Shown here in pieces: positions 30,271 through 40,121 of a stretch of DNA of 64,000 nucleotides. Under the pieces are notes generated by a model. The model did no database searches, was not told where the DNA came from, and saw only the letters and a program-made list of their open reading frames with translations. Positions within the stretch are counted from its first letter, which is position 1. Every line of letters starts with the position of its first letter. Source of the stretch: Candidatus Multivoradales bacterium (GTDB lineage Bacteria > Acidobacteriota > Thermoanaerobaculia > Multivoradales > JAHEKO01). A program made the translations under genes and the position numbers. The stretch covers positions 1,756,299-1,820,298 of the forward strand of contig CBDFIJ010000004.1 in assembly GCA_965248055.1 (NCBI GenBank). The letters run 5' to 3'.

Positions 30271-31512
30271 ATGAAGAAAGTTTCCAGTCTGCTCGTTGCA
30301 ACGATCTTGGTCGCACCCATGTGGGCCGGTGAGTCAGCCAAACTGAAAGATGCCCTACTCGGAGAGACCCCCTTCGAACAAGACCTGCGTCATCTGACCG
30401 ACTCGATCGGGGGACGACCCACCGGCTCTCTGGAGAACCTTGCTTCTGTGGATTGGGCTCTAAATCGGCTTCGTGGAGCCGGGGTTGAAGCCTGGAAAGA
30501 GGGCTTCACGATGTCCGAATTGTGGTTGGAAAGCAGTGCCACCGGCACCATCACCGGCGAAGTCGGCTTCCCGGTACGGTCCCGGCCGGAAGACGTCCTC
30601 CATCGTCACAATGCCTCCCTAGGAATCGATAACGAACACCTGTTATTGATCATGGACCGCGTTTCGGCCAAGCGAGCCATGCGACTGCTCCGTCAAGACA
30701 ATGCCCTATCCCTTGAAGTAGTAGTTGATATCGTCTCCTCTGGACCCTATGAGAGTTTCAATGTTCTGGCTGAGATTCCTGGAAGCGACTTGGCAAAAGA
30801 GGTCGTCTTGATCGGGGCCCACCTGGACTCCTGGGGACTTGGAACCGGCGCGCTCGACAACGGCTGCAACGTGGCGATGTTGATTGATATCGCTCGGCAG
30901 ATGAGACGACTCGATTTGAAGCCTCGCCGGACGATCCGCTTTGCGTTGTGGAATGGCGAAGAACAAGGTCTCCAGGGTTCCTGGGGGTACGTCCAACGAC
31001 ATGCTGGCGAGTTAGACCACCACTTGATGGCATCGTCCTACGACATCGGAGCCGGTCGCATCAGCGGTTTTTTCACCGGTGGACGACCGGACACCGCCGC
31101 TGCGGTTGAATCCTCTGTGGCAAGATTGGATGACCCCGAGTCTTTTTCTGTGCTCGATGTACCGGTCGTTGGTACCGACAACTACGACTTCATGCTTGAG
31201 GGCATCGCCAACTTAGTCGCCAATCAAGAGTCCTCCAATTACGGGCCGCACTACCATGCATCCACCGACACCTTTGACAAAGTAGATTTGGAGCAGGTCA
31301 AACGCAACGCTGTGATCGCCGCCACGGTCACCTGGGCTTTCGCCAATCAAGATTTCGATTTGCCGCGTCAAAGTCGCACGGAGGTCGAGGAATTGGTCAA
31401 GAACACCAGCTTGGGCGAGCAAATGCGAACGTTTCATATGTACCACCAATGGCAGCAAGGGAAACGGGGTCGAAGCTCCATTACCCTGCAGCCCGTCACC
31501 GCCCGAGACTGA
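30271..31512 (+). CDS. M28-family zinc peptidase (aminopeptidase)
   Basis: 'GAHLDSW...DNGCN' and 'WNGEEQGLQGS' are M28 metal-ligand motifs. It has a signal peptide. Confidence 0.85.
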   Translation: MKKVSSLLVATILVAPMWAGESAKLKDALLGETPFEQDLRHLTDSIGGRPTGSLENLASVDWALNRLRGAGVEAWKEGFTMSELWLESSATGTITGEVGFPVRSRPEDVLHRHNASLGIDNEHLLLIMDRVSAKRAMRLLRQDNALSLEVVVDIVSSGPYESFNVLAEIPGSDLAKEVVLIGAHLDSWGLGTGALDNGCNVAMLIDIARQMRRLDLKPRRTIRFALWNGEEQGLQGSWGYVQRHAGELDHHLMASSYDIGAGRISGFFTGGRPDTAAAVESSVARLDDPESFSVLDVPVVGTDNYDFMLEGIANLVANQESSNYGPHYHASTDTFDKVDLEQVKRNAVIAATVTWAFANQDFDLPRQSRTEVEELVKNTSLGEQMRTFHMYHQWQQGKRGRSSITLQPVTARD

Positions 31513-31513
31513 C

Positions 31514-31894
31514 GTGTATCGCATCTGTAAGGACTTCACTTTCGCCGCTGCCCACTCGATCCGCGGACACACCGGTGGCTGCGAGCGTCTGCACGGACAC
31601 AACTACCGAGTGCGTATTCACCTCGCTTCACGGGAGCTGAATGAGCTGGGAATGGTGATGGACTTTGCCGATCTCAAGCAGATCGCCGAGGAGGTCCTCG
31701 GCCCATTTGACCACCAAGTGATCAACGACATACCGCCCTTCACCGAGCGTAATACCACCGCTGAGTTGTTCGCTCAGTATATTTTCGAGCAAGTAAACCA
31801 TCGACTCGCAAGGGAGCAGGCAGAGGTGGTCCAGGTCGAGATGTGGGAAAACGAACGATCTGGAGCCAGCTACCAGCCGGAGGCCAAACCCTGA
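31514..31894 (+). CDS. queD: 6-carboxy-5,6,7,8-tetrahydropterin synthase
   Basis: 'CERLHGHNY' Cys-x3-His-Gly-His zinc motif, about 126 aa. Confidence 0.9.
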   Translation: MYRICKDFTFAAAHSIRGHTGGCERLHGHNYRVRIHLASRELNELGMVMDFADLKQIAEEVLGPFDHQVINDIPPFTERNTTAELFAQYIFEQVNHRLAREQAEVVQVEMWENERSGASYQPEAKP

Positions 31895-32598
31895 CCCCTC
31901 CAGTCGGCGAGACTAGGCCCGCCGACCCGCATCTCCGGCTACCTGCCCAAGAGCGGCTGCGGATCAACGAAATCTTTTTCTCGATCCAGGGCGAGTCAAC
32001 CCAAGTGGGCCGGCCTTGCATCTTTGTCCGCCTGACTGGCTGTCAGATGCGTTGCATCTGGTGCGACAGCGAACACTCCTTCTACCAAGGCGACTGGTTG
32101 AGCATCGACGAAACTCTCGACCGCTTGAAGGACTTTGACTGCGACTTGGTGGAAGTGACCGGCGGCGAGCCGTTGTTGCAACCCAGTGCCTTGACGCTCA
32201 TGAAACGACTGTGCGATCAGGGCTACGAAGTGATGCTGGAAACCGGGGGTGGCGTTCCTATTGACCCGGTCGACTCGAGGGTACGGCGAATCGTCGATGT
32301 CAAATGCCCTGGCAGTGGCGAGTCGGAAAACAACTGCTGGCCTAACTTGAGTCAACTCACCGACCGTGACGAATTGAAGTTCGTGATCGCCGACCGAAGG
32401 GATTTTGTGTGGGCGGTAGGCGTGGTTCAGGAGTACCACCTAGTGGACCTTTGCTCGGTATTGTTCTCACCGGTAGAAGTCGGGAGCGCTGCCTTCAATC
32501 CAACCGTGCTCGCCGAATGGATCCTCAAATCTTCGCTGCCGATTCGCATGCAACTTCAATTGCACAAGTCCCTTTGGAGAGGCGCGCGCGGCACATAG
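31843..32598 (+). CDS. queE: 7-carboxy-7-deazaguanine synthase (radical SAM). The true start is uncertain, probably a non-ATG start near 31930 to 31960.
   Basis: 'FFSIQGES...GRPCIFVRLTGCQMRCIWCDS' is the QueE cluster motif. The ORF-track start overlaps queD in another frame. Confidence 0.85.
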   Translation: MGKRTIWSQLPAGGQTLTPPVGETRPADPHLRLPAQERLRINEIFFSIQGESTQVGRPCIFVRLTGCQMRCIWCDSEHSFYQGDWLSIDETLDRLKDFDCDLVEVTGGEPLLQPSALTLMKRLCDQGYEVMLETGGGVPIDPVDSRVRRIVDVKCPGSGESENNCWPNLSQLTDRDELKFVIADRRDFVWAVGVVQEYHLVDLCSVLFSPVEVGSAAFNPTVLAEWILKSSLPIRMQLQLHKSLWRGARGT

Positions 32599-32735
32599 TC
32601 GAAATTCTGAGCTCGATTCACACAATCAGCTTGCATTAGGATCACGTTTCATGCTTTCGCACCGATTATAATTTCTCCCGGTGGCGAAGTTTATTAGGTT
32701 GCGGCTTCGCGATCGTTTGGATCAAAAAGGGCAAA

Positions 32736-33245
32736 TTGATGGGAGCTGCATTTCCTCCAGTCAAAACGGTTGAGATCGCCGACAGTGGTGCGCTGCTGGC
32801 GGTCGCGGTGATCTTGGCTGGCCTGCTGGCGACATTTCTGCTTCTCTGGTTGCGAGAACGGAAGCTTCGCGCCTTGCGAGCAAGAACATCACTGCGCTCT
32901 CGATACTTTTCGCAAACTCAAACCGAAGGCGCAGTCAAGGTTCTCGACCCGGTAACGGTCGAAATTGCCGAGGAATCCCGGCAAGTAGCCCATAGATTCG
33001 TCCGCGGTGGTGATCTCTCAGTTGAACTAGCCGTCAACCAACAAGATTCTGGCTCCACGGAGTATCAAGTTTGGGGGGTCTGGACCGAGCGCGACGGCGC
33101 ATGGACCGATCAACTTGGCCACTTGTCCAGTTCGACGGCTGGCAACCTTCTCCGCAAAGCAAATCACGGCGAAATCTCAGCCACCCTGGTGTCGGTCATA
33201 CCCTCTGATCCACCGGTGATCAAGCTCGCACTGTGGTCTAAGTAA
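32736..33245 (+). CDS. Membrane-anchored hypothetical protein
   Basis: One N-terminal transmembrane helix. I did not recognise it. Confidence 0.45.
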   Translation: MMGAAFPPVKTVEIADSGALLAVAVILAGLLATFLLLWLRERKLRALRARTSLRSRYFSQTQTEGAVKVLDPVTVEIAEESRQVAHRFVRGGDLSVELAVNQQDSGSTEYQVWGVWTERDGAWTDQLGHLSSSTAGNLLRKANHGEISATLVSVIPSDPPVIKLALWSK

Positions 33246-33388
33246 GGATCGCGATCACAGGCTACGGAGAAATGCGCCTCACGGCTATTGTCGTTGAGGT
33301 TTGCCACGCTAGAATCAGTGGGCCACTCGGTCTGTCTTTTGGACAATCTTGAGCGGACAAGACGCTACTACTGAAATAGAGGGCATCA

Positions 33389-34642
33389 ATGTCTACAGCA
33401 AAGTTACTCTTCAACGAACAAGAAGTTGACCTTCCGATCGAAGTCGGATCCGAAGGGGAAGTTGGTCTGAGCATCGGCCAGCTGCGCAAACAGACTGGCG
33501 TGATTACGCTGGATTCCGGGTACGGGAATACCGGCTCGTGCAAGTCCGCGATCACCTTTATCGACGGCGAGAAAGGGATCCTGCGCTACCGCGGTTACCC
33601 AATCGAAGATCTCGCCACCAAAGCGCGGTTCGTTGAGGTTTGTTACTTGTTGATCTACGGCGAATGGCCGTCAACTGAAGAACTTGGGCAGTTCAAGCGG
33701 AGCTTGACCCAACACACGTTATTGCACGAAGACATGAAGAAATTCTTCGAAAGCTACTCTCCGAGTGCTCATCCGATGACCATTCTTTCGTCGATGATCG
33801 CCTCCTTGTCGGCCTACTACCCAGACGGCGATAGCGCGGTCGACGACAACATTGTCCGCTTGTTGGCGAAGGCCAAAACCATCGCCGCTTTCTCGTACAA
33901 GAAATCGATTGGCCAGCCGTTCATCTACCCGCGCAACGAACTGAGCTACACCCAGAATTTTCTGCACATGATGTTCGCGGTTCCGGCTGAATCGTATGAA
34001 GTTCCGGAAGTGATCGACGAGTCTCTCAACATGCTGCTGATCCTGCACGCCGACCACGAGCAAAACTGCTCAACCTCTACGGTGCGCATGGTCGGTTCTT
34101 CGGAAGCGAACCTGTTCGCCTCTATCTCGGCGGGGATCAGCGCTTTGTCGGGGCCACTCCACGGCGGCGCCAACCAAAAAGTTATCGAAATGCTAAAGAT
34201 GATCCGCAATGACGACAGCAACTACAAGAAATATGTCGACCTGGCGAAAGATCGAGACAGTGGCTTTCGGCTTATGGGGTTCGGGCACCGGGTGTACAAA
34301 AACTTTGACCCGAGGGCGATTCTGCTACGCAAGGCTGCTGCCCGGGTCCTCGACGAACTGGGTGCTAACGACCCACTGCTCGATATCGCCCAAAATCTTG
34401 CCGAGGTTGCTCTCAAGGATGACTACTTCATCGAACGCAAGCTCTATCCCAATGTCGACTTTTACAGCGGCATCATTTACCGAGCAATGGGAATTCCAAC
34501 CAACATGTTCACGGTGATGTTCGCTCTGGGGCGGCTACCCGGTTGGATCGCCCATTGGCGCGAGATGCGCAGCGATCCCTCCACCCGAATCAACCGCCCG
34601 CGCCAGATCTATACCGGCTCCGGCGAACGTCACTTAGCCTAA
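33389..34642 (+). CDS. gltA: Citrate synthase
   Basis: 'GFGHRVYKNFDPRA' citrate-synthase signature, 417 aa. Confidence 0.95.
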   Translation: MSTAKLLFNEQEVDLPIEVGSEGEVGLSIGQLRKQTGVITLDSGYGNTGSCKSAITFIDGEKGILRYRGYPIEDLATKARFVEVCYLLIYGEWPSTEELGQFKRSLTQHTLLHEDMKKFFESYSPSAHPMTILSSMIASLSAYYPDGDSAVDDNIVRLLAKAKTIAAFSYKKSIGQPFIYPRNELSYTQNFLHMMFAVPAESYEVPEVIDESLNMLLILHADHEQNCSTSTVRMVGSSEANLFASISAGISALSGPLHGGANQKVIEMLKMIRNDDSNYKKYVDLAKDRDSGFRLMGFGHRVYKNFDPRAILLRKAAARVLDELGANDPLLDIAQNLAEVALKDDYFIERKLYPNVDFYSGIIYRAMGIPTNMFTVMFALGRLPGWIAHWREMRSDPSTRINRPRQIYTGSGERHLA

Positions 34643-34663
34643 TTGTCGTTGCTCACAAGCTGT

Positions 34664-35101
34664 TCACCCCCGGGAAACCCAGGAGTGAATCTTGGCCCGC
34701 AGACGTTCGACCCGAGCAAGAACTCCCGGCCAGCGGCTGAGCGCCCGAAGAATAATTCGGTAGACCAACTCGCTGGCCAGAGAAAGAACCGCCGCTCCGG
34801 CAACAATAGTCAAAATCCCCTGGATACCTGGGAGAACTAGGCCGGCGATTCCAATCAGTAGCAACAACCAGCCGACGATCAGCAAGAGCACCCTGGTGAC
34901 CGTCGACAGCGGAGACAGCTTGCGATCCCCATCCGGCTTCACCGCCAGCTCCAAGGGAGAGTCCTCTGGATTCCCTCCAAAACTATTTTCCGGTACGGAC
35001 GGATCAGAGGTACCCAATTGGGTATCAGGGGACTCTTCGGTGCCATGGGCTGAAGAGGGCTGGGTTGCTGGCGGCCGGGTTGTTGGGGGTTGGCTCATTT
35101 G
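34664..35101 (-). CDS. PGPGW-type small transmembrane protein
   Basis: 'LVLPGIQGILTIVAGAAVL' is a PGPGW-family motif. The start was chosen at MSQPP. Confidence 0.5.
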   Translation of the reverse strand, partial: QMSQPPTTRPPATQPSSAHGTEESPDTQLGTSDPSVPENSFGGNPEDSPLELAVKPDGDRKLSPLSTVTRVLLLIVGWLLLLIGIAGLVLPGIQGILTIVAGAAVLSLASELVYRIILRALSRWPGVLARVERLRAKIHSWVSRG

Positions 35102-35235
35102 CAGTTTGCATCCTACGCACGAAATTCCATTCATCCAAGCGAAACCAACCTAATCGACGTCAGCTATTTTCCTCGCTTGGTTCCATCAACTTGTCTGTTG
35201 ACATCCTTTTTAGAAGTCGAAAGAATGTGTCAGGA

Positions 35236-35260
35236 CTTATTGAGATTGTTTCTCAATAAG
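35236..35260. promoter_or_regulatory. Perfect 10-bp inverted repeat CTTATTGAGA, 5-nt spacer, TCTCAATAAG, 14 bp upstream of the Fur-family gene
   Basis: Read directly from the sequence. Its position and dyad symmetry fit an operator for autoregulation by a metalloregulator. Confidence 0.45.
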
Positions 35261-35273
35261 CAAATAACGGCAA

Positions 35274-35741
35274 ATGCACACTACCCGCGAACGACAACAG
35301 TTCATCCGAGGACTGCAGCAAAGGGGACACCGGGTCACTCCAGAGCGACTGGCTGTCTTCGACGCTGTCTTCGCTTTGCACGGCCATCTGGAGGTAGACC
35401 AGATCTATCAAAGGATGCAGCTGCACAACCATGGTGTCTCGCGCGCAACCTTGTATCGCAATCTTGAGGTACTGGAGCGTCTGGGTTTGGTGCGCAAGAT
35501 TCAAGCTGGCAACCGTCGGGTGCTCTACGAGCATCTACACGCTGGTCAAGATCATGGTCATTTGATCTGCCGCGAGTGTTCCCAAGTGATCGAATTCTTG
35601 AGTCCGGATGTCACACAAGCACTGGCTGCTCTTTGTCGCGAGCATGGCTTTGAAGAAAATGAAAACCAAGTCACCGTCCAGGGGTTGTGCGGAATCTGCG
35701 CAAGCTGGAGCGGTGAGACAAATCGAGCAGCTAGCGCCTAA
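35274..35741 (+). CDS. Fur-family metalloregulator (Fur, Zur or PerR type)
   Basis: 'HAGQDHGHLICRECSQVIEF' and C-terminal 'CGICAS' are Fur-family metal-site motifs. Confidence 0.8.
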   Translation: MHTTRERQQFIRGLQQRGHRVTPERLAVFDAVFALHGHLEVDQIYQRMQLHNHGVSRATLYRNLEVLERLGLVRKIQAGNRRVLYEHLHAGQDHGHLICRECSQVIEFLSPDVTQALAALCREHGFEENENQVTVQGLCGICASWSGETNRAASA

Positions 35742-35771
35742 CTCGACCCTGAAATCTGAGGAAGAGGAAGA

Positions 35772-37970
35772 ATGGATCTCGCAACTTGGGCATTGTTGAC
35801 CGCACTCGCGGCGAGCTCTGGCGCCACAGGAGAAGCCCCAGAGGCTCCCGTCGAGGAATCGATCGGAGAGGTACACGCTGTCTTTGACAACTTGACGGTG
35901 GTCGGCAGTGCCGAGACAGCGGGCGGCTCCGCCCATGTCATCGGGCAAGCCCAGTTGGAGGTACACAACTACAACGACGTTCACCGAGTGCTGCGGCAGG
36001 TTCCTGGAGTCAACATTCAAGAAGAAGATGGATTTGGTCTTCGACCCAACATTGGTATTCGAGGAACCGGCGTCGAACGGTCGCAAAAAATCACGTTGAT
36101 GGAGGACGGTGTCCTGATCGCCCCGGCGCCCTATGCAGCACCGGCCGCTTACTACTCTCCGACGGTCGGGCGGATGGAGAGCCTCGAGGTACGCAAAGGC
36201 ACCAGCGCCGTGCGGCAGGGTCCACACACAACCGGGGGGGTGATCAATTATCGTTCGACCAGTATCCCGGAGTCGTTTTCTGGAAAAGCGGAGCTAGCAC
36301 TCGGAACCGATGGTCTGCTCCGAACCCACGCCTATGCGGGCGACAGCAACCAGCGGCTTGGCTGGCTGGTCGAGGGATATCAACTATCCAGCGATGGCTT
36401 CAAGCAGCTCGATACCGCCGACAGTACCGGGTTTGACCTGACCGATCTGGTTGCCAAGTTTCGTCTCTCTTCTCGATCCGATGCCAAGATCTATCAAGCG
36501 GCTGAACTCAAGCTGGGCTGGAATCAGCAAGACGGAGCCGAGACCTATCTCGGTCTTACCGCCGAAGACTTTGAACGCACTCCGTATCGGCGTTACGCCG
36601 GTTCGTCGGCCGATCGCATCGACACGGAACACAATCAGTTTCAGCTATCGTATTTCGCTCAGCTCTCGCCTCGTTTCGACCTAACCGCGGTCGTCTATAA
36701 CAATGAATTTTCGCGCAACTGGCACAAGTTGCAGTCGGTAAATGGACTTGGATTGAATGCCGTCTTGAACGATCCGCAGAACCACTCGGCGGAGATTTCC
36801 GTTCTTCGTGGAGATCTCAACGCGGTCGACAGTCTCTCGGTACGCAACAACCGGCGCGACTACTTCTCGCGCGGCGTGAGCGCATCGCTAGGAGCACACG
36901 TTGACGGACGGATTCGCCACGACCTGGAAGTTGGCGTACGAGTGCATCGCGATGAAGAGGATCGTTTTCAAGAGGAAGACCTCTACAACATGAGCTTTGG
37001 ACAACCCTTGTTGTCTTCACTGGGGGCCCCCGGGAGTCAGTCCAACCGAGTTGCCTCCGCCAACGCAATCGCGGTTTTTTTTGAAGATAGCTTTTCTTTT
37101 GGAAAATGGACCGTAACGCCAGGAGCCCGCTACGAGGTCATCGATCTGGAGCGCCAGGACTATGGACGATCCGATCCCGTTAGAGGAAGTGAGCCAAGGT
37201 CGACGACCAATCGGGTCCGCCAACTGGTTCCCGGAGTCCGGGTGCAACACGTAGTCAATGAACGCAATTTGTGGTTCGCCGGCCTCTACCAAGGTTTCTC
37301 TCCGCCAACCCCGGGATCGAACGAACGGGTCGAGCCCGAGGAAAGCGACAACATTGAAATCGGCTGGCGCTATTCCGGACGCAAGCTAGCGGCCGAAGTC
37401 ACCGGTTTCTACTCAAACTATGGCAACCTGCTTGGCACCGACACGCTCTCAAGCGGTGGTGATGGCACCGGCAACCAGTTCAACGGCGGCAGTGCCTTGG
37501 TGCAAGGACTGGAAGCCGCCGCGACGTGGGAACTGCGACCTTCCCAGTCGGCGCAAGTGCCTCTTCGCTTGGTCTATACCTACACCGACACGGAGTTTCT
37601 CTCCAGTTTTGAAACCAACTTTGCCGACTGGGCGCCTCAAGTGGAACGTGGAGACGAACTCCCGTATGTGCCCAAGCATCAACTGACCCTGGGGGCTACC
37701 TGGAATAGCCCACGTTGGTCGGTTGGCATCGACGGTAACTTGAACGGGGCGATGCGTACCCTTGCTGGCGCTGGCGCAATCCCGTCTGACAGTGGGATCC
37801 CCAGTCGTTGGACCTGGGATCTGGCGATCGAGCGCGACCTGAGCTCTTACCGTCTGTTTCTCCAGGTGCGCAACCTAACCGATAACACCTATTTGGTGGC
37901 GCGGCGACCCGCCGGACTCCGCCCGGGGATGCCAAGAACCGTGGTGGTCGGAGTAAAGGTCGACTTCTAG
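35772..37970 (+). CDS. TonB-dependent outer-membrane receptor
   Basis: Plug domain and a 22-strand barrel with a C-terminal '...VVVGVKVDF' aromatic terminus. The start lies 30 bp after the Fur-family gene. Confidence 0.9.
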   Translation: MDLATWALLTALAASSGATGEAPEAPVEESIGEVHAVFDNLTVVGSAETAGGSAHVIGQAQLEVHNYNDVHRVLRQVPGVNIQEEDGFGLRPNIGIRGTGVERSQKITLMEDGVLIAPAPYAAPAAYYSPTVGRMESLEVRKGTSAVRQGPHTTGGVINYRSTSIPESFSGKAELALGTDGLLRTHAYAGDSNQRLGWLVEGYQLSSDGFKQLDTADSTGFDLTDLVAKFRLSSRSDAKIYQAAELKLGWNQQDGAETYLGLTAEDFERTPYRRYAGSSADRIDTEHNQFQLSYFAQLSPRFDLTAVVYNNEFSRNWHKLQSVNGLGLNAVLNDPQNHSAEISVLRGDLNAVDSLSVRNNRRDYFSRGVSASLGAHVDGRIRHDLEVGVRVHRDEEDRFQEEDLYNMSFGQPLLSSLGAPGSQSNRVASANAIAVFFEDSFSFGKWTVTPGARYEVIDLERQDYGRSDPVRGSEPRSTTNRVRQLVPGVRVQHVVNERNLWFAGLYQGFSPPTPGSNERVEPEESDNIEIGWRYSGRKLAAEVTGFYSNYGNLLGTDTLSSGGDGTGNQFNGGSALVQGLEAAATWELRPSQSAQVPLRLVYTYTDTEFLSSFETNFADWAPQVERGDELPYVPKHQLTLGATWNSPRWSVGIDGNLNGAMRTLAGAGAIPSDSGIPSRWTWDLAIERDLSSYRLFLQVRNLTDNTYLVARRPAGLRPGMPRTVVVGVKVDF

Positions 37971-38077
37971 CGCCGCTCCCCACTTGTCCTGGGACGCCGG
38001 CTCAAGCTGGTTGTGGCAAGATGCCAATTCTTCAGCAACCGGCTTGAAGAGACTGCCGATTCCTCGGGATCGCGATT

Positions 38078-39688
38078 ATGACGAAGAGTCCATCAAAACC
38101 CCGCAAGAGAGCCCCCTATTGGTTGGCAGTGTTCGGCCTGGCGCCAATCTTATTTGCGCCCGTTCCAGCTTTTTTGCGATACCACGGCTGGTCTGTCCTC
38201 ACCATAGATGGACTTGTCCTGGGTCTCATCTGTTTCGCAACTGCCGCATTTTTGTTTCTTATACCTGGCACTCGACGACGCCTATCGTTGAGCGGTGTTT
38301 ACGCTCTCGCGACTCTCTTTTTTTTCGACTTCCAGTTTCAAGCTCTTACCGGTTGGATCACTCTTGCCGGAGCCTTCGGCCTTGTTTTCACAGTCTGTTT
38401 CGGGCTGTTTGAAAAACTTCCGCAATTGACCACCTTTGTCTTCGGCTTGATGAGTCTTTTGGCTTTGTTCTCAGTTCCTAATAGTGACCATCGCGCTGTC
38501 GCTGGGGACCCAAACCTGCCACCGATCGTTTACTTGATCGTCGATGAGCACCTCGGAGTTGGCGGAATTCCAGCACTGGGTCGAGGTCCGGAAATCCAAG
38601 AAATGTTGCGCGATGCGTACATCCAACGGGGATTTAGGATCTACGAAAATGCATACTCTCTCCACGATATGACCCAACACTCCATTGCCTCCATCCTCAA
38701 CGGCTCGGACCGATCCGACGGGTTGGTTGAACCGGGACAGACCTCGAAGTGGAAGGTGACGAAGTCCCGTTTATTGAAACGTTGGGCCGACCAGGGTTAC
38801 CGGATCAATGTCTACCAATCAGACGCGCTCAACCTTTGCGATCTGCGAGAGGTAGAAATCGATTCCTGCTACACCTACAGCGTTTGGAGCCTGACCGGAA
38901 TCCTGGAAGGCTTGCCGTGGTATTCCCGGGAGCGGACCACTAGTGTCCTGTTGGCGATGGCGAACAGATCGCAGATCTTCTCCAAAGCGCGTAGTCAATA
39001 TAACAAGTTCGCGGAGCGTTCTCCGTCACTACCCGAGTGGCCCATTCGTGCTCGACCCCCAGGACCTCTGGCGATTCTTTCAGCCACCAAGGCCCTCCGC
39101 CAAGACTTGGCAAGGCAACCTAGGGGCCATGTCTTTCTTGCTCACTTGCTCCATCCACACTTTCCTTATGTCTACAACCAAGACTGCAGTGTTAAGCCAA
39201 AAGACGAATGGACTGCGCCGAAATGGAACAGGAAGGGCCGGATGCGTGACATGCGCAAAATTAGAGAAGATAACTACCCTGCTTACTTCGATCAGTTGGA
39301 GTGCGCCACGGTGATGGTAAACAAGTTGATTGATGAGATCGGAGAGCAGCCGGAGTTCCACGACGCAACGTTGATCGTTCATGGCGACCATGGCTCCCGT
39401 ATTTGGGTCAAAAAACCACTCACCTATAACAGACCAAGCGAACAAGACCTTATCGATAGCTTTTCCACCCACTTGGCGATCCGGGGCCCAGGCGTTACGC
39501 CTGGCGCCAACCTTCAGCCGGTGTCTGTCAACCAGGCAATCGCCAAGCACTGGGGTCTTCCTCTAAGACTTGAAGATAAGCCCGGGCTGTACGCAAGGCC
39601 GAACCGGAACCAGTTTCCAAGACCCAAGCTTGCTCTACCAGAAATCTGGCGTGACTCAATCACCGATACAATGGATCAGCCAGACTAA
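38078..39688 (+). CDS. Membrane enzyme paralog A: five transmembrane helices plus an alkaline-phosphatase-superfamily (LtaS/EptA/sulfatase-like) catalytic domain
   Basis: Five N-terminal transmembrane helices. Then 'PIVYLIVDEH' (metal-site acidic residue), 'YENAYSLHDMTQHS' (candidate Thr nucleophile about 45 residues later), 'LLHPHFPY' and 'IVHGDHGSR' (Asp-His metal site). Confidence 0.7.
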   Translation: MTKSPSKPRKRAPYWLAVFGLAPILFAPVPAFLRYHGWSVLTIDGLVLGLICFATAAFLFLIPGTRRRLSLSGVYALATLFFFDFQFQALTGWITLAGAFGLVFTVCFGLFEKLPQLTTFVFGLMSLLALFSVPNSDHRAVAGDPNLPPIVYLIVDEHLGVGGIPALGRGPEIQEMLRDAYIQRGFRIYENAYSLHDMTQHSIASILNGSDRSDGLVEPGQTSKWKVTKSRLLKRWADQGYRINVYQSDALNLCDLREVEIDSCYTYSVWSLTGILEGLPWYSRERTTSVLLAMANRSQIFSKARSQYNKFAERSPSLPEWPIRARPPGPLAILSATKALRQDLARQPRGHVFLAHLLHPHFPYVYNQDCSVKPKDEWTAPKWNRKGRMRDMRKIREDNYPAYFDQLECATVMVNKLIDEIGEQPEFHDATLIVHGDHGSRIWVKKPLTYNRPSEQDLIDSFSTHLAIRGPGVTPGANLQPVSVNQAIAKHWGLPLRLEDKPGLYARPNRNQFPRPKLALPEIWRDSITDTMDQPD

Positions 39689-39745
39689 GACGCCGCGTCG
39701 GCTGGACGCTAACGCACTCCAAAGAAACTCCCGACTAAGAGAATC

Positions 39746-39943
39746 ATGATGAGATTCGACACCTCAAGAAACACTGCGTTTGTGATCGCAGCAGTGCTGA
39801 CCATCTGCTTGTTAATTCCGACGCCAAGCTACGCATATCTAGGCCCTGGCACCGGAGGTAGGACCTGGGATCTGGCGATCGAGCGCGACCTGAGCTCTTA
39901 CCGTCTATTTCTCCAGGTGCGCAACCTAACCGATAACACCTAG
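39746..39943 (+). pseudogene. Truncated mini-gene: signal peptide and YLGPGTGG, then fused in-frame to a duplicated copy of the TonB-receptor 3' end
   Basis: The first 38 codons parallel the intact mini-gene at 41769. After 'GTGG' the sequence becomes the copy of 37810..37970 and reads '...RTWDLAIERDL...'. Confidence 0.6.
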
Positions 39944-40021
39944 TTGGTAGCGCGGCGACCCGCCGGACTCTGCCCTGGGATGCCAAGAACCGTGGTGGCC
40001 GGAGCAAAGGTCGACTTCTAG
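39861..40021 (+). repeat. 161-bp duplicate of the 3' end of the TonB-receptor gene (37810..37970), 154 of 161 nt identical
   Basis: Direct nucleotide comparison shows 7 mismatches, one of which creates a premature stop (tatttgg to tagttgg). Confidence 0.9.
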
Positions 40022-40121
40022 ACGCCTGCAAGCGATTGTCGCGAAGCGATCCGTATCTGTGGCAAAATCGAGCGGTTCGGATATTTTGAATAGGGACGCC
40101 CCCGTCCTTGGGATCGCGATT

